In this document: positions 1-10,772 of the stretch, piece by piece
How the letters are laid out: each line of letters opens with the position of its first letter
How positions within the stretch are numbered: the first letter of the stretch is position 1
Source of the DNA: Asterias amurensis
Taxonomy: Eukaryota
DNA length: 64,000 nucleotides
NCBI RefSeq assembly: GCF_032118995.1
Contig: NC_092653.1
Coordinates: forward strand, 7,123,031-7,187,030
Reading direction: 5' to 3'
Program-made: the position numbers and the translations under genes
Notes under the pieces: model-generated
Database searches by the model: none
What the model was told of the DNA's origin: nothing
Seen by the model: the letters and a program-made list of their open reading frames with translations, nothing else

Positions 1-99
1 GTACCGAAAGGGTCCAATGGCTTTAAGAGTGATGACCAAATGTATACCTTCCCTATACGCTAGTATGTTGGTACTATTCAAAAGGAGTTTTTCTTCCAT

Positions 100-360
100 T
101 CTTTTTGCACTATTATTACACACTATTAGGACTTGGCACCAGCCAGCCCCCGTTCGCCACCTCCATAAACTGATCCACTAAGCTTCGCCCCATTGCGTAT
201 TGACCAATCACAACGCAACGAAGGTCCGACAAATAAGGTCAGACATGCGTGCGCGTATCTTGGCGCCCGCGGCAGAGTTGTGAAAAAAAGGCATTGGAGA
301 GCCCCACGTGTTCTTGCTCACACGTGCGTCATGGGCGGAGCCTACTGGACCAGTCTATCC
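100..360. repeat. local segmental duplication, copy A (GC-rich block with CCAAT, two CACGTG E-boxes and a GC-box); copy B at 2090-2290
   Basis: 180-360 (aagcttcgccccattgcgtattgaccaatcacaacgcaacgaaggtccgac...cacgtgttcttgctcacacgtgcgtcatgggcggagcctactgg) is ~90% identical to 2115-2290. Confidence 0.8.
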
Positions 361-414
361 CTCAACCAAATAGTTAACAAAATAATTCAAGGTCAAACCA
401 TGCTTTCTCTTTAC

Positions 415-680
415 CTGTAACAAAGCCCAGTCCTCGTTGATCAACCATTCATGACGGTCAGCGGTCTTAGTGTCCGTAGCGGTCGTCCGGTGAACAATGG
501 GTAGAGGCTTGACCACCGGCTTGCCTGCCATGGCACGGAGCTTCTGCTGCTTGGCCTCACGACGCATGCGCAGGAGGGCGGCTGAGGGACGATTGAAGAG
601 TGACTGGGGCGGGGTCATTATGTGAGCCGTGTGGTGTGGTGTCTCACCTGTCTTTGTGTGCGGTTTGATCTTACGAACAC
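415..680 (-). CDS. additional downstream coding exon ending in a SANT/Myb-like motif (candidate EP400/Dom-A-like alternative C-terminal region)
   Basis: Acceptor ctctgttttcccccataacag|GTGTTCG, donor TTACAG|gtaaag, phase 1->0, phase-compatible with exon 1882-2032. Peptide GVRKIKPHTKTGETPHHTAHIMTPPQSLFNRPSAALLRMRREAKQQKLRAMAGKPVVKPLPIVHRTTATDTKTADRHEWLINEDWALLQ. The W-x3-EDWALLQ ending matches the start of a SANT domain helix 1. The open frame continues 5' of the ATG the track uses. Confidence 0.5.
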
Positions 681-1497
681 CTGTTATGGGGGAAAACAGA
701 GTTATACAAATAAAACATACTAAAACTTTACCTATATATGTGATCTACCACGTGTTCTTTTTGTAAATTTTATAGAAGAATTTGATAACAACATCTTTCG
801 TTATACCTTTACTCCTGTTTGAGTCATTACTAATTTGGGAGACACGGTTTGCTGTCTTGTCTAGGCACCCTTCAAAAGTTGCCCATAGATTTAAAGGAAA
901 TGGCTCTTTGCAAAATGAAAGACCTTGCCATCTTAAAGATGAGACAATAATAAATAATAAATTTTCCAAACTTCAGTGTACAACCATCTACATAACACTT
1001 GTATTCCTTGTACAAAAACAATTTTGTTTTATTCCTGTTGATCCGTCTTTATGATCCGAACCTCTAAGCTTTGATTTTAGTAAAACGAACAAATCCACTT
1101 TGCAAATCAATCAAAGGGTAATTTCATTCTCTACAGGATAAAGCAAACTTGTTGAAGACTTGGAAATAATCATTTATGTAAGGATTTCTATGAACAGTGG
1201 ATAATCATGTGAACCTGCCCCATTCAAGGAGTAGTGACTTATTTTGCAGTATTTTTTACCGCGTAAGAAAGTATGTTAACCAAATTTATGTGATGCAAGA
1301 CAAGTAAAACAAACTGGTTTTGCTTTCAGTGTTATTTAAATTATTTATTTAGCCATTGATAAAATATACGAACATACAGGCAGTTGAAATATTGAAAGAT
1401 AAAACTGACACTGTGAGGCGAGGATATTCACTGTAGAAAGCGCTCTGAAGCGGTACAAATTATGGTCAATTGTGCGTAAGCACTAACAGGTTGAAGA

Positions 1498-1847
1498 CAG
1501 TGGACACTATTGGTAATTGTCAAAGACCAGTCTTCTCTCTTGGTGTATCTCAACATATCGTAAAATAACAATCCTGTGAAAATTTGAGCTCAATTGGTCG
1601 TCGAAGTTGCGAGATAATAATGAAAGAAAAAACACCCTTGTCACACGAAGTTGTGTGCTTTCAGATGCTTGACTTCGACACCTCAAATTCTAAATCTGAG
1701 GTCTCGAAATCAAATTCATAGAAAATTACTTCTTTCTCGAAAACTATGTTACTTCAGAGGGAGCCATTTCTCACGGTGTTTTATACTATCAACAAATAAG
1801 GTTTTATTCTAATAATTATTTTGAGTTATTACCAATAGTGTCCACTG
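1498..1847 (+). mobile_element. MITE family A (TIR CAGTGGACACTATTGGTAAT), copy 1
   Basis: Terminal inverted repeats cagtggacactattggtaat ... attaccaatagtgtccactg. AT-rich ~350-bp body shared with the copies at 54237-54612 and 57825-58166. Confidence 0.8.
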
Positions 1848-1881
1848 CCTTTAAAGAAGGTTTAACTGAAGAACACCCTAC

Positions 1882-2032
1882 CTTGATCCACCTTGGCCTT
1901 CTTGTGTTCCTTCTTGACGTAGACCTGAGGTAGTTGAGATTCCATCATGATGGAAGACTCGTACATGAGGCTGGCCGAGTAATCCACATACACATCATTC
2001 TCATCCTGAGGCGGTGTAGGTGGAGCCCACAT
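1882..2032 (-). CDS. additional downstream coding exon (candidate alternative 3' exon of the Domino-type gene)
   Basis: Acceptor ttggtacag|ATGTGGGC, donor GATCAAG|gtaggg, phase 0->1. Peptide MWAPPTPPQDENDVYVDYSASLMYESSIMMESQLPQVYVKKEHKKAKVDQ has non-random composition. It lies 4.7 kb 3' of the stop of the big exon on the same strand. Confidence 0.5.
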
Positions 2033-2339
2033 CTGTACCAATCAAATGAAGTGGGAGGTGCTTGTTATATACATATTCATGAGAGAGTACTATTCTCTAA
2101 TAGACCAATCCATTAAGCTCCGCCCCATTGCGTATTGACCAATCACAACACAACGAAGGTCCGACACTAAGGTCCGACATGCCTGCGCGTATGCTTGGCG
2201 TGCGCAGGCAGAGTTGAGCAGAAAGGCATTGGAGAGCCCAGGTTCTTGCTCACACGTGCGTCGTGGGCAGAACCTACTGGATCAGTCTATTGGTTGAGCT
2301 ATAAGTGCTTCTTAAACACCCAGATTCTTACATATTAAT

Positions 2340-2412
2340 GAGGGAATACTATAACTGGTTGAGTAATCCACGTACACACCATTCTCATCCTGAGGGGTTG
2401 TGGGTGGAGCCC
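2340..2412 (-). pseudogene. truncated duplicate of the 5' part of exon 1882-2032 with the acceptor AG destroyed (CAG to CTG)
   Basis: gagtaatccacgtacacaccattctcatcctgaggggttgtgggtggagcccacatcagtac vs exon gagtaatccacatacacatcattctcatcctgaggcggtgtaggtggagcccacatctgtac. It would encode MWAPPTTPQDENGVYVDYS and then diverges. Confidence 0.55.
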
Positions 2413-2596
2413 ACATCAGTACTCGGTCAATGGGAGGTGCTTATTATATACCCTGCATACATGCCAATCATGTACGAGAACTTCAAGTGGATTTAATTAC
2501 CCTGTCAAAATATTACCATTGAATATTACCAATACTTTCAGGTAATAGCACCATGTGTAAATCTCTGTTGAGCAGAGTTGGTTTTGAAAAGGACTA

Positions 2597-2855
2597 GGCC
2601 CAATTACATAGCGCTGCTTAGCGGCCGATTTTGTGCTTACTGTGCGATTTTTATTGCATAACGCTGCTAACCGTAAGCACACGAAACACCGCACGAAAAT
2701 AAATGACGTCACAATGCAAATCCACGGTAAAAACGCATGTGGCCGCCCAACTTTTCTGCTAACCTGTAAAATACGCTAAGGCCTTAGCAAATTTTTCTGC
2801 TACAGTAAGCACGCAAATTTGCTTACCGTTAAGCAGCGCCATGAAATTGGGCCCT
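2597..2855. mobile_element. MITE family B (TIR GGCCCAATT.CAT.GCGCTGCTTAGCGG), copy 1
   Basis: aggcccaattacatagcgctgcttagcgg ... ccgttaagcagcgccatgaaattgggccctgg. Confidence 0.75.
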
Positions 2856-3051
2856 GGTGGTTGACAACTCATTGTTAACTATTACCTTATCTCTACAAAT
2901 ACAAGCTAATCCTGATGATAGGTCATCACAGCGTGCGTATCTGTTACATGTCCAAAGTTTTTGCTACATAACATTCATTGCACCAGAAGGGAACCAGACT
3001 ATTTGTCCTTCCAAATCATGATGGCCTCTGCACGATAATAATACAGCCTAA

Positions 3052-3256
3052 CTTCATGGCTCTGCTTACCGCCAAATTCTGCACTTACGATTATCATTTC
3101 TTGGCTAACTCTGTAAGCAAAGAATGCCTAGTATTGTGGAGTATGCACAAGGCAAACTTCCCCGCTAACCCATGAAATATGCTTGCAGTAGGCATACAAT
3201 TCCCTGCTTCGGCAAGCGCCGATTCTACGGTAAGCAGCCATGAATTTGGGCCCAGG
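3052..3256. mobile_element. MITE family B, copy 2
   Basis: cttcatggctctgcttaccg ... cggtaagcagccatgaatttgggcccagg. Solo termini of the same type occur at about 15239, 32370, 53095 and 58715. Confidence 0.65.
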
Positions 3257-6200
3257 TCTATACATCGAATAAACTTCTGTTGTACTTACCGGCATGGTCT
3301 CATTTGTGTTGGATATGTACACCTAGATGGAGAGAATAAACAAGGAACTTGCAATAATTTGACATTGAAGAAACTGCAGGTCAGGAAAAGAGGCGGGATT
3401 TCGACTCAAAGATTAGTAGTGGCAAACTTCCGTCTCTGTTGTAATCCTCATAGAAACAATCAATTTATTGGAAGGGGGATTTGGAACACTATTTTGTCCG
3501 TCTTGTTACAGGCAAAAAATTTGAATGAAACAAATGTTCTTCAGATGAAAGCTTGTTAAGAACGCAGAAATAATTGGGGGTTTCTTTATTTTATCACTTA
3601 CACTGAAATTGCGCCTATTTGCTTGCAACTCTTAAGTGTTTTGGAGGATACCAAGCAGTTTTAACTGGTCACTGCTGATTCATTTCACCTTTTTTGCTGA
3701 TTGTATTTGGATCCATTTGTATTTTTCTTTAAATTAGCACATTCTTTGATTTACAATCTTCCGTTGCCACCGTTGCTGGTGATCTCCAAGCAATTAGCCC
3801 AAAATAAGATTGTAAAATAAGAGGGGTTGGTAATTGACTGAATACCTTTGCCATAGACCGTGGTAAAATCACTTCAGTCTTATTTAAGGGTATTTTCCTT
3901 GAAAACCTACTTTAATGTGAAAATGTTCTGATGACTGAGAAAGATTTTTCCAGGAAGGATTTTGGCAGATACATGGTCTTTTAAAGAAAGGAAATGCGAC
4001 TTTGTTTCCTTTGCGTGTCTAGAACTTAAATATAACATTGATTCCCCCTTTTTGTGTTCAAAAGCTGTTTTTGATGTACAAAATGTTTTTCCTTAAAAAT
4101 TTACATCAAAGGAAAGATCTTTGGTTTTCTTTTTGTGTCTGATTACAGTATATATCGTTCTAGATGGAATACTATTTTGTTTTTAGAGTAAGAGTCAACT
4201 CATCAATTTCTCATTAATTTTACACTTTGACTCATCGTCTGTGTTTGAGAAGAAAGGACTTGGCCATAAAGATAATTTTGAAAACATAAAATCTTCACTG
4301 AAACTGTCTCTAATGGATTATTACACAAGCTGGTTTTTTACCTAAAACAAAACAAATTCTTGCATAAACTTGTTATGAAATTAACCACCAACATTCTTCT
4401 AGAAGTCTGCATTTGAAACCTTGCATTAGGTTGATTTTGAACGTTTGCTCTAGAAGTATTAGTTACCACTGTAGTGACTTATCTTTTGTATCAGCATGTC
4501 TTGAAACTTGTTAAGCACCATTTATAAAAGAGAGCAATCCTTTCATAGCTCATGCTCTGATTGTGCAATTTGTGTGAGATGGTCAAGGAAAATTGTTCAC
4601 AAGAAGCAAAGAGTGCGAGGGGAAAAAATAGAAAAAATAAAACAAAAAATCTGACAACTTCTGTAAATGTTTTAAAGGGTTTGGGTACTTTTTACACAAA
4701 ACACAATGTCCCCAGATTTACATTAAACTTACACAGTTTGAAGATAATGATGGTAGAAAGCTTCCCTTAAAATATTACTTGCTGAGGTGCTGTATTTTTT
4801 TAATAAATGGGTAAAACAATTTACACAAATAATTTTCATCTCAGTCAGACAAAAATTATTTTCGCATGTAAAAACTTACTAACATTTATGGTAAAATACC
4901 ATAGCTGGTAAATATGTTTTACATGCTAAAACTGAGACGAAAATTATTTTTGTGACATTGTTTTACTCAATGCACAGCACCTCAGCAAGTAAATTGTTAA
5001 GGTACGCTTTCTACCATCATCATCTTCAAACTGTGCAAGTTATTGTAAATCTGTTGACATTGTGTTTTGAGTCCTAAAAAAAGTACCTGAACTCTTTAAA
5101 GGTACATGCAGTTATCAAGACATCGTCTCAAAGCTTTGTAATCTGGAATCGTATCAATCAATGCCCACTAAACCAAACCGCCCCTGGCCCACCGTTTGTA
5201 TCTCCACCTCCAATGGTTTTTAGCTCAGATTGGCACAGGCAATATAAATTTGATTTCCTCAGAAAAATAAGCCAGAAAACGTAATAAGAATTATAGTGAA
5301 GAGATTGATTCAAGTGACATGCGCATTTGGCATTTCTGGATCTTTTATTGTTACCAGCCAAACCACATCCACTGAACTTTTTATACCATCAAATTGGAGA
5401 GAGATAGTGTATGGGCCAGGACAGATGTAAAATTAGAAGGCGACCATTGTATTGCGAAAAACTTGGCAGAGCCAAGCGTTTTTAAAAACAACAGTAAAGT
5501 TCACAACAAATTGTGTTTACAGTTTTGTCTGAAATCAACGTGTACTTTCTGGGACTGATAAAGAGATATTGTAACCTTCTTTGTTTGGCAAGAAATTTGG
5601 TGTAACTTTCTCATTAATACCATTCCACTACCAAGCCTGGCCGAACTCAGAGCATTAAAAAAACCAACAGAAGTAAAGACACAAACAGTTTTCTTTAGTT
5701 TTTATCTTCTCAAGCTTTATATTTGTTGTTTTTATTAATCCCATTTTTCTCTTCTTCCGTCTCGCTATATCAATACAAAAATACTGGGAACACATTATGC
5801 AGAATAAACATTTTTTGGCTTTTTTTAAGGTTTAAATAATCCTTCAAATTAATAAAGTTTTAAGATTTCTATAAGAGTCAACTCAGAATGGGATGTCGGG
5901 CACGATTTACTGCAGAATACCTCTAGATATCAATATTCGAGACTGTATAGTGATTTCATAATACATTTTAAAAACCTAATCACTACAGAATCTTTTGAGC
6001 AGTCTTCGTTATCAATACAGCTTTGCCTGTTAGTTTTCAACACATTTTTTTCATAGGGTAACCCTTTTTTTGAGCTTGGTCTTTCTACGGGTAATAAAAA
6101 CCCACCCAAATCTGTCATGAACCCCAGATCTTTTTTGGGGATCAAAACTGTCTGGACAATCGTGTCTACTTTGTCACCCAAAGAGCATAATAAAGAGACA

Positions 6201-6773
6201 TTATGACCACTTACATTTGTTATGTTCATGGTCCCTGATATAAAGAACAAATCAAAACAACTAGTGCAAAATTTTAAGCATTTTTTTGCCATGAATGCCA
6301 GCCAACTGAATACTTTTAGGTATAAAACAAGCTATCAAAAGACCAGAAATAAAAATGTTAAGCTATTCCTTGATTGAATGGTTGAATTGACTGCATTATT
6401 CCAAACATTTGTAACGGTCAGACTGTCTATTTTTTTTATAACGCAGTTTACTTTCTTTTGACAAATACTCCTTTTTCTTTACATCTAAACACCAACGGTT
6501 ATCCTTTAGTACATTACGATATCAGGGAAAATAGCTTTCAAAGTGTCAAAAAAACAACGCTAGATAAAGAGCTTTTTCAACACAGAATCAATTTCAACAC
6601 AAAGAAATGCATGTGATTCTTGATTCGTTAACATCAATACCCAAACATCCACTTCTCAGTTATATATCTCCTTCCCCCCTTTCATACAAACATTTTTACA
6701 CAGATTGAAATCCAGCTTCCCTGCATGCCTTTTGTCACTTTAAATAAATAACCTAAAAATATCGACCTTAATG

Positions 6774-9700
6774 TCAACTGGGTACCGGATGTTTACGAGG
6801 GCGCCCCCTACCTCGCTTAACTTTGGGAGTGTTATCAGTTTGACTGGGAGTTCCTCCTCCCCTAGCGGGGGAGACATCCCTTGAATTCGCCCTTGAACTG
6901 CTCCTAGAACTACCCCTTGATAAGTTGATTAAATCTCGAACAGATAATGAAGGGCTGGCCGAGTGGTGCCGGCCTCGAGATCGAGTCCGTATCAAACTAT
7001 CCGCTAGCTCAGCGCCGCTTTTTGCGCGGGTTCGAGGGCCTGCGGTTTTATCTACTACAGGGAGCTGATGTATTTTGGCAAGTTTTTGCTTGAGGGCGGT
7101 CTTTGCGAGCTGCTGAGGGGTGGGGACCTTTGTACTTTCTGATGTAGCCCCGTCTGAGCTAGAGGCATCAGTGTAATTCTCAACAGGGGTTAGTGGCTGG
7201 ACTGGACCGTCGGTGGCAGCAGGTACAACAACCAGGTTAGAGTTACTCTTGGAGTTTTCAGGCGTTTGGCTTGGGATGGTTAATGATTTTGAGATGGCCA
7301 GATCCAAAGCAGTTGGTGATGATGGTACCAAGACATTGGATGGTAAGGGTTCAGATGGTGGGGATGCTGTGGGACTCGTTGATTTTGGACCCGGTGATTT
7401 CATCATGGAAGAGAACAACTTGAAGATGTTGCGCTGTTCGGGACTACTACTGCCTGGTTTAGTGGAGCTCTGTGCAGAATATTCAGAGCTAGTATTGCCC
7501 TGTGGCTGGTTGGTATTTGTCAATACATCATTGATACTTCGTTCCACCATCACTGCTTGTGGTGTTTTATACTCGGGAGCAGCAAGCAATGGGCTTTGGA
7601 GATTTTCAAACAAGTTGCGTTGTCCATTGTTTTCTGATTTGGGTGCCGAGTTAACCAGTGGTATCGACTCTGCTGTCGTGTTCACTGGATCCAAGTGTAG
7701 TCCTTGGTTCGTCGTGACTAGAGAGTTCTTTTGTTGAAGTGTTGGTGAAAGATCCAGTGGCTCAGGAGAATCGGAAAGAGCAGGCAGAGGTGGAGACTGA
7801 GTGTTAGGGGAGGATTGCGTGGAAGGAGGCGAATGTGTTGGATTTGGGGAACGCTTGGTTGGGTAGGACTGGGGACTGGAATAGATCAATGGTATGGACG
7901 ACTCATTTGGTGCTTGTTCTCCTAAGAATGGCTTGGGAATCTCAGTTTGGGTTGAAGGTGTAGTCCCTTTTTCTAAAATAAGTTTAAGATCTTCCAAAGC
8001 ATTTTTTTCTGATTCCGGGTTAGATGTGACTTGTATTTGCATTGGCTCAGTATGTCCATGGAATTTGGATTCAGCTTGTAGTATCGGAGCCTGTGGCGAC
8101 ACCTGTGATAGTGTGTGGGCTCCTCCTGCCTGTGTCTTAATCACACTCGTGGTCTGAAGATTTAGAAGCAATTCCACCTGCATTTCAGGAGACATTTGCT
8201 CTGATAAAGACTGACTGGGTAATCGGACCGGTGTTTTCTCCTGTTGAACAGGCTGGGCATTGAGACTAAGCACAGGGTTTGCTTCCCTTGGAACACCTGC
8301 AGCGTCAATGCGCACCTTCCCAGCTACCAAGGCTCGAACAGCAGTTTCAGAACGTTGAACATCCATTGCAATCTGTGGCTCGACTTGATCCGAGGGTTTA
8401 TCGACTACCAATCTATGAGACACATCGTGAGCCAGCTCTAATAGTGGTATCGGTCGAATCTCTTTATGTTCAACAAGTGGCTCTGATACTGTTGTGGGAG
8501 GGGGCCTGACGGCAGCCTGGGACAGTATTGGCATCTGTAGTTTTGGTGACAAGGAGACTGTGAAAGGAATCTCGGAGGAAGAATGCCCAATAGGCTGGGA
8601 TGGGGCATTGAACCTTTGTGAGGGTGATAGACTTGTATGTACAACACGAGGTGGAAGGGAAATGTGTGATCCAGCCGATTGCGGGTGATGGGCTACTAAC
8701 GATCCCGGAACAGGAGGTCGCAAAATGCCTGATCCAGAAACTTGTGGTTGTGACGTAACTGTCTGTGGTATTTGTCTTGATACTTGTGGTTGATTGCCAA
8801 CTGTTGAAGCCACTTGTGCTCTGGTTGGCTGTGAAGGGACAAGAGATCCTATCACTTGGGAAGGAGCCGATGCTCTGGGAACGGAGACACTCTTGGCCAA
8901 GGCTTGTGCTATGGTTTGTGGCTTTCCAGCAGTCTGCCGAACAGCTTGCTTCAGAGACTGCAACTGTAACAGAGCTTGGGCGTTAATCGTTGGTGCACGT
9001 AGTGGATGTCTGTGCACTGGAAGCTGTGGCTGAGCTGGATGTCTGTGAGGGACAGTGTGTAGCTGTAACTGGGGTATGACCTGGGTGTTGAATCTGTTGC
9101 GTGGTTGGGATGGGCCTGCTGGCAACAACTCAAATCGTGCCAGTATCGGCTGACCCTTCTGTCTAGGTTGGCCTTGTGCACCCAGCAGCTGAGCTGATCC
9201 AAGGGGCTGTTGATGCACCAAACCCTGACCTTGAGTTGGATGTGTGGCCAAGGAAAGGCGAAGTGCAGGTTGTTGTGATTGAGGACCGAGGCCTGGCCGG
9301 GTCAGCATCTGCAGTCTTGCTAGGATCGGCATCTGGGACTGACTTTGAGTTTGGTTAGGTGAACCCTGCTGTAATGATGCTTGCGAACCACTTTGTAACT
9401 TCAACAGAGTCTGTTCGTTTTGGTAGTACTGAGACTGTAAGTTTTGCATATGGGATGCCACTTGGGGCCGTGACTGACCCTTCAGCTGATAGTGTTGCTG
9501 AAGCAGTGCTGCCTGTGTTGAGATGGGCTGCGGATGCCTCTGAAATTGCGTTGACTGTAGGGGAGGTGGGTTAGGTAGAGTTTGGGATTGGTTTGGCATT
9601 CTTGGTCTTGGAGATGACACCCCTTGAATGCCTTGCTGCAACAGATGTCTGGGAGCTACGTTTGGTTGCGCTCTGTTCAGGGCCAGAAGTTGAGCTGTGG

Positions 9701-10772
9701 TTAGGGGTCTTAGACTGGCTGATGATAAAGACGGATGCTGCTTACGAAGAGCCTCCAAGTTGCTTTGAACAACGGATGTTATTTGGTTCGTTGGATTTGG
9801 GGGTGGAGACGTCGTGGAATAAATAGACGACATAGGATGTCCAGGTATTAACAGAGGAACAGCAGGAAGCTTTGGTGTCTGGAGATGTGAGGAATGAACG
9901 TCGGCTGCAAGGCGAGACACCAAATCAGGGACTGGAGGCAAGTCAGCCTGTCTAAGAAGCAGTGGTTGATTCCCTCGAGGAGATAAGTTCAGCGGCTGGA
10001 CACTGTCATTATTCCCAACAGATGAATGGGCAACGGAAATATTTATTGTAGGAGACATGGCACCCGACGGATGGACGTTCATCAACACCCCTTGAGGGTT
10101 ACACACAACTCTGGAGTGAGAGGAAACGGGTAGTCTTGAAGAGGGTCCCGTCAAGGATAAATCCATTGGGGAGTTGCAGCTTCGCTCTACACCATCTACA
10201 ATCACCTCTTGGAGCTGATTCTCAACAGCAGCAGCTGCAGCTTCTGCTTTCCTTTTCGGCGCCTTACTCGTCTTCGGCTCTTTGGCTTTACCTCCCTCTT
10301 TCGCAGATGACTTCTTGGACTTGGGGGTCTTCTCTGCCCTCTTAGACGGCAACTTTGCTGGGGCCAACCGAGCCAGAGGGGACTTAGGGGAGAGTGATGC
10401 AGTTGGAGGGATAGGAGGTGGGGATTTTGTACCCACCGACCTCGTCACCGGGGACCTAGGGCCAGAATCATCTATGGCATCTGCCTTTGGATTGCGCCGC
10501 GTGCTGCGCCCCGGTGCTGTCTGGGATTGTCGCGCGGTTCTTTCTTTACTATTGGACCTACTGTTTGCCCTACTGCTCTTTTGACTATTACTCTTAGACT
10601 TATTACCACCACCCTGTTTAGATCTACTCTTATGCACCTTATTTTTAGACTCCTCATTGGTGTAGGTGAAAAAGATCTCGTCCTCTTCGAGCTCAGCCTT
10701 TCTCTCCTCGGCCTCCTTCAGAGCTTGCAGGCGCTCCAGTTCCCACTCTTTCTTGGCCAACTCTACTTGTTC
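6774..10772 (-). CDS. SRCAP: Domino-type ATPase, 4-kb terminal exon (SRCAP-like C-terminus): P/Q/S/T-rich low complexity ending in an AT-hook and stop
   Basis: Acceptor ttttgttggtattag|GAACAAG at 10772 with an in-frame TAG just upstream. 3999 bp stop-free to the TAA at 6776-6774. It starts EQVELAKKEWELERLQALKEAEERKAELEEDE and ends ...TPKVKRGRGRPRKHPVPS*. The GRP core flanked by K/R is an AT-hook, as at the SRCAP C-terminus. The supplied track starts this ORF at an internal TTG (10760). Confidence 0.85.
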   Translation of the reverse strand, partial: EQVELAKKEWELERLQALKEAEERKAELEEDEIFFTYTNEESKNKVHKSRSKQGGGNKSKSNSQKSSRANSRSNSKERTARQSQTAPGRSTRRNPKADAIDDSGPRSPVTRSVGTKSPPPIPPTASLSPKSPLARLAPAKLPSKRAEKTPKSKKSSAKEGGKAKEPKTSKAPKRKAEAAAAAVENQLQEVIVDGVERSCNSPMDLSLTGPSSRLPVSSHSRVVCNPQGVLMNVHPSGAMSPTINISVAHSSVGNNDSVQPLNLSPRGNQPLLLRQADLPPVPDLVSRLAADVHSSHLQTPKLPAVPLLIPGHPMSSIYSTTSPPPNPTNQITSVVQSNLEALRKQHPSLSSASLRPLTTAQLLALNRAQPNVAPRHLLQQGIQGVSSPRPRMPNQSQTLPNPPPLQSTQFQRHPQPISTQAALLQQHYQLKGQSRPQVASHMQNLQSQYYQNEQTLLKLQSGSQASLQQGSPNQTQSQSQMPILARLQMLTRPGLGPQSQQPALRLSLATHPTQGQGLVHQQPLGSAQLLGAQGQPRQKGQPILARFELLPAGPSQPRNRFNTQVIPQLQLHTVPHRHPAQPQLPVHRHPLRAPTINAQALLQLQSLKQAVRQTAGKPQTIAQALAKSVSVPRASAPSQVIGSLVPSQPTRAQVASTVGNQPQVSRQIPQTVTSQPQVSGSGILRPPVPGSLVAHHPQSAGSHISLPPRVVHTSLSPSQRFNAPSQPIGHSSSEIPFTVSLSPKLQMPILSQAAVRPPPTTVSEPLVEHKEIRPIPLLELAHDVSHRLVVDKPSDQVEPQIAMDVQRSETAVRALVAGKVRIDAAGVPREANPVLSLNAQPVQQEKTPVRLPSQSLSEQMSPEMQVELLLNLQTTSVIKTQAGGAHTLSQVSPQAPILQAESKFHGHTEPMQIQVTSNPESEKNALEDLKLILEKGTTPSTQTEIPKPFLGEQAPNESSIPLIYSSPQSYPTKRSPNPTHSPPSTQSSPNTQSPPLPALSDSPEPLDLSPTLQQKNSLVTTNQGLHLDPVNTTAESIPLVNSAPKSENNGQRNLFENLQSPLLAAPEYKTPQAVMVERSINDVLTNTNQPQGNTSSEYSAQSSTKPGSSSPEQRNIFKLFSSMMKSPGPKSTSPTASPPSEPLPSNVLVPSSPTALDLAISKSLTIPSQTPENSKSNSNLVVVPAATDGPVQPLTPVENYTDASSSDGATSESTKVPTPQQLAKTALKQKLAKIHQLPVVDKTAGPRTRAKSGAELADSLIRTRSRGRHHSASPSLSVRDLINLSRGSSRSSSRANSRDVSPARGGGTPSQTDNTPKVKRGRGRPRKHPVPS

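Noticed and set aside
5930-6292. 120-aa minus-strand ORF just 3' of the Domino-type stop codon
   Set aside because: It lies in the presumed 3' UTR, with no splice signals or homology and an atypical composition.
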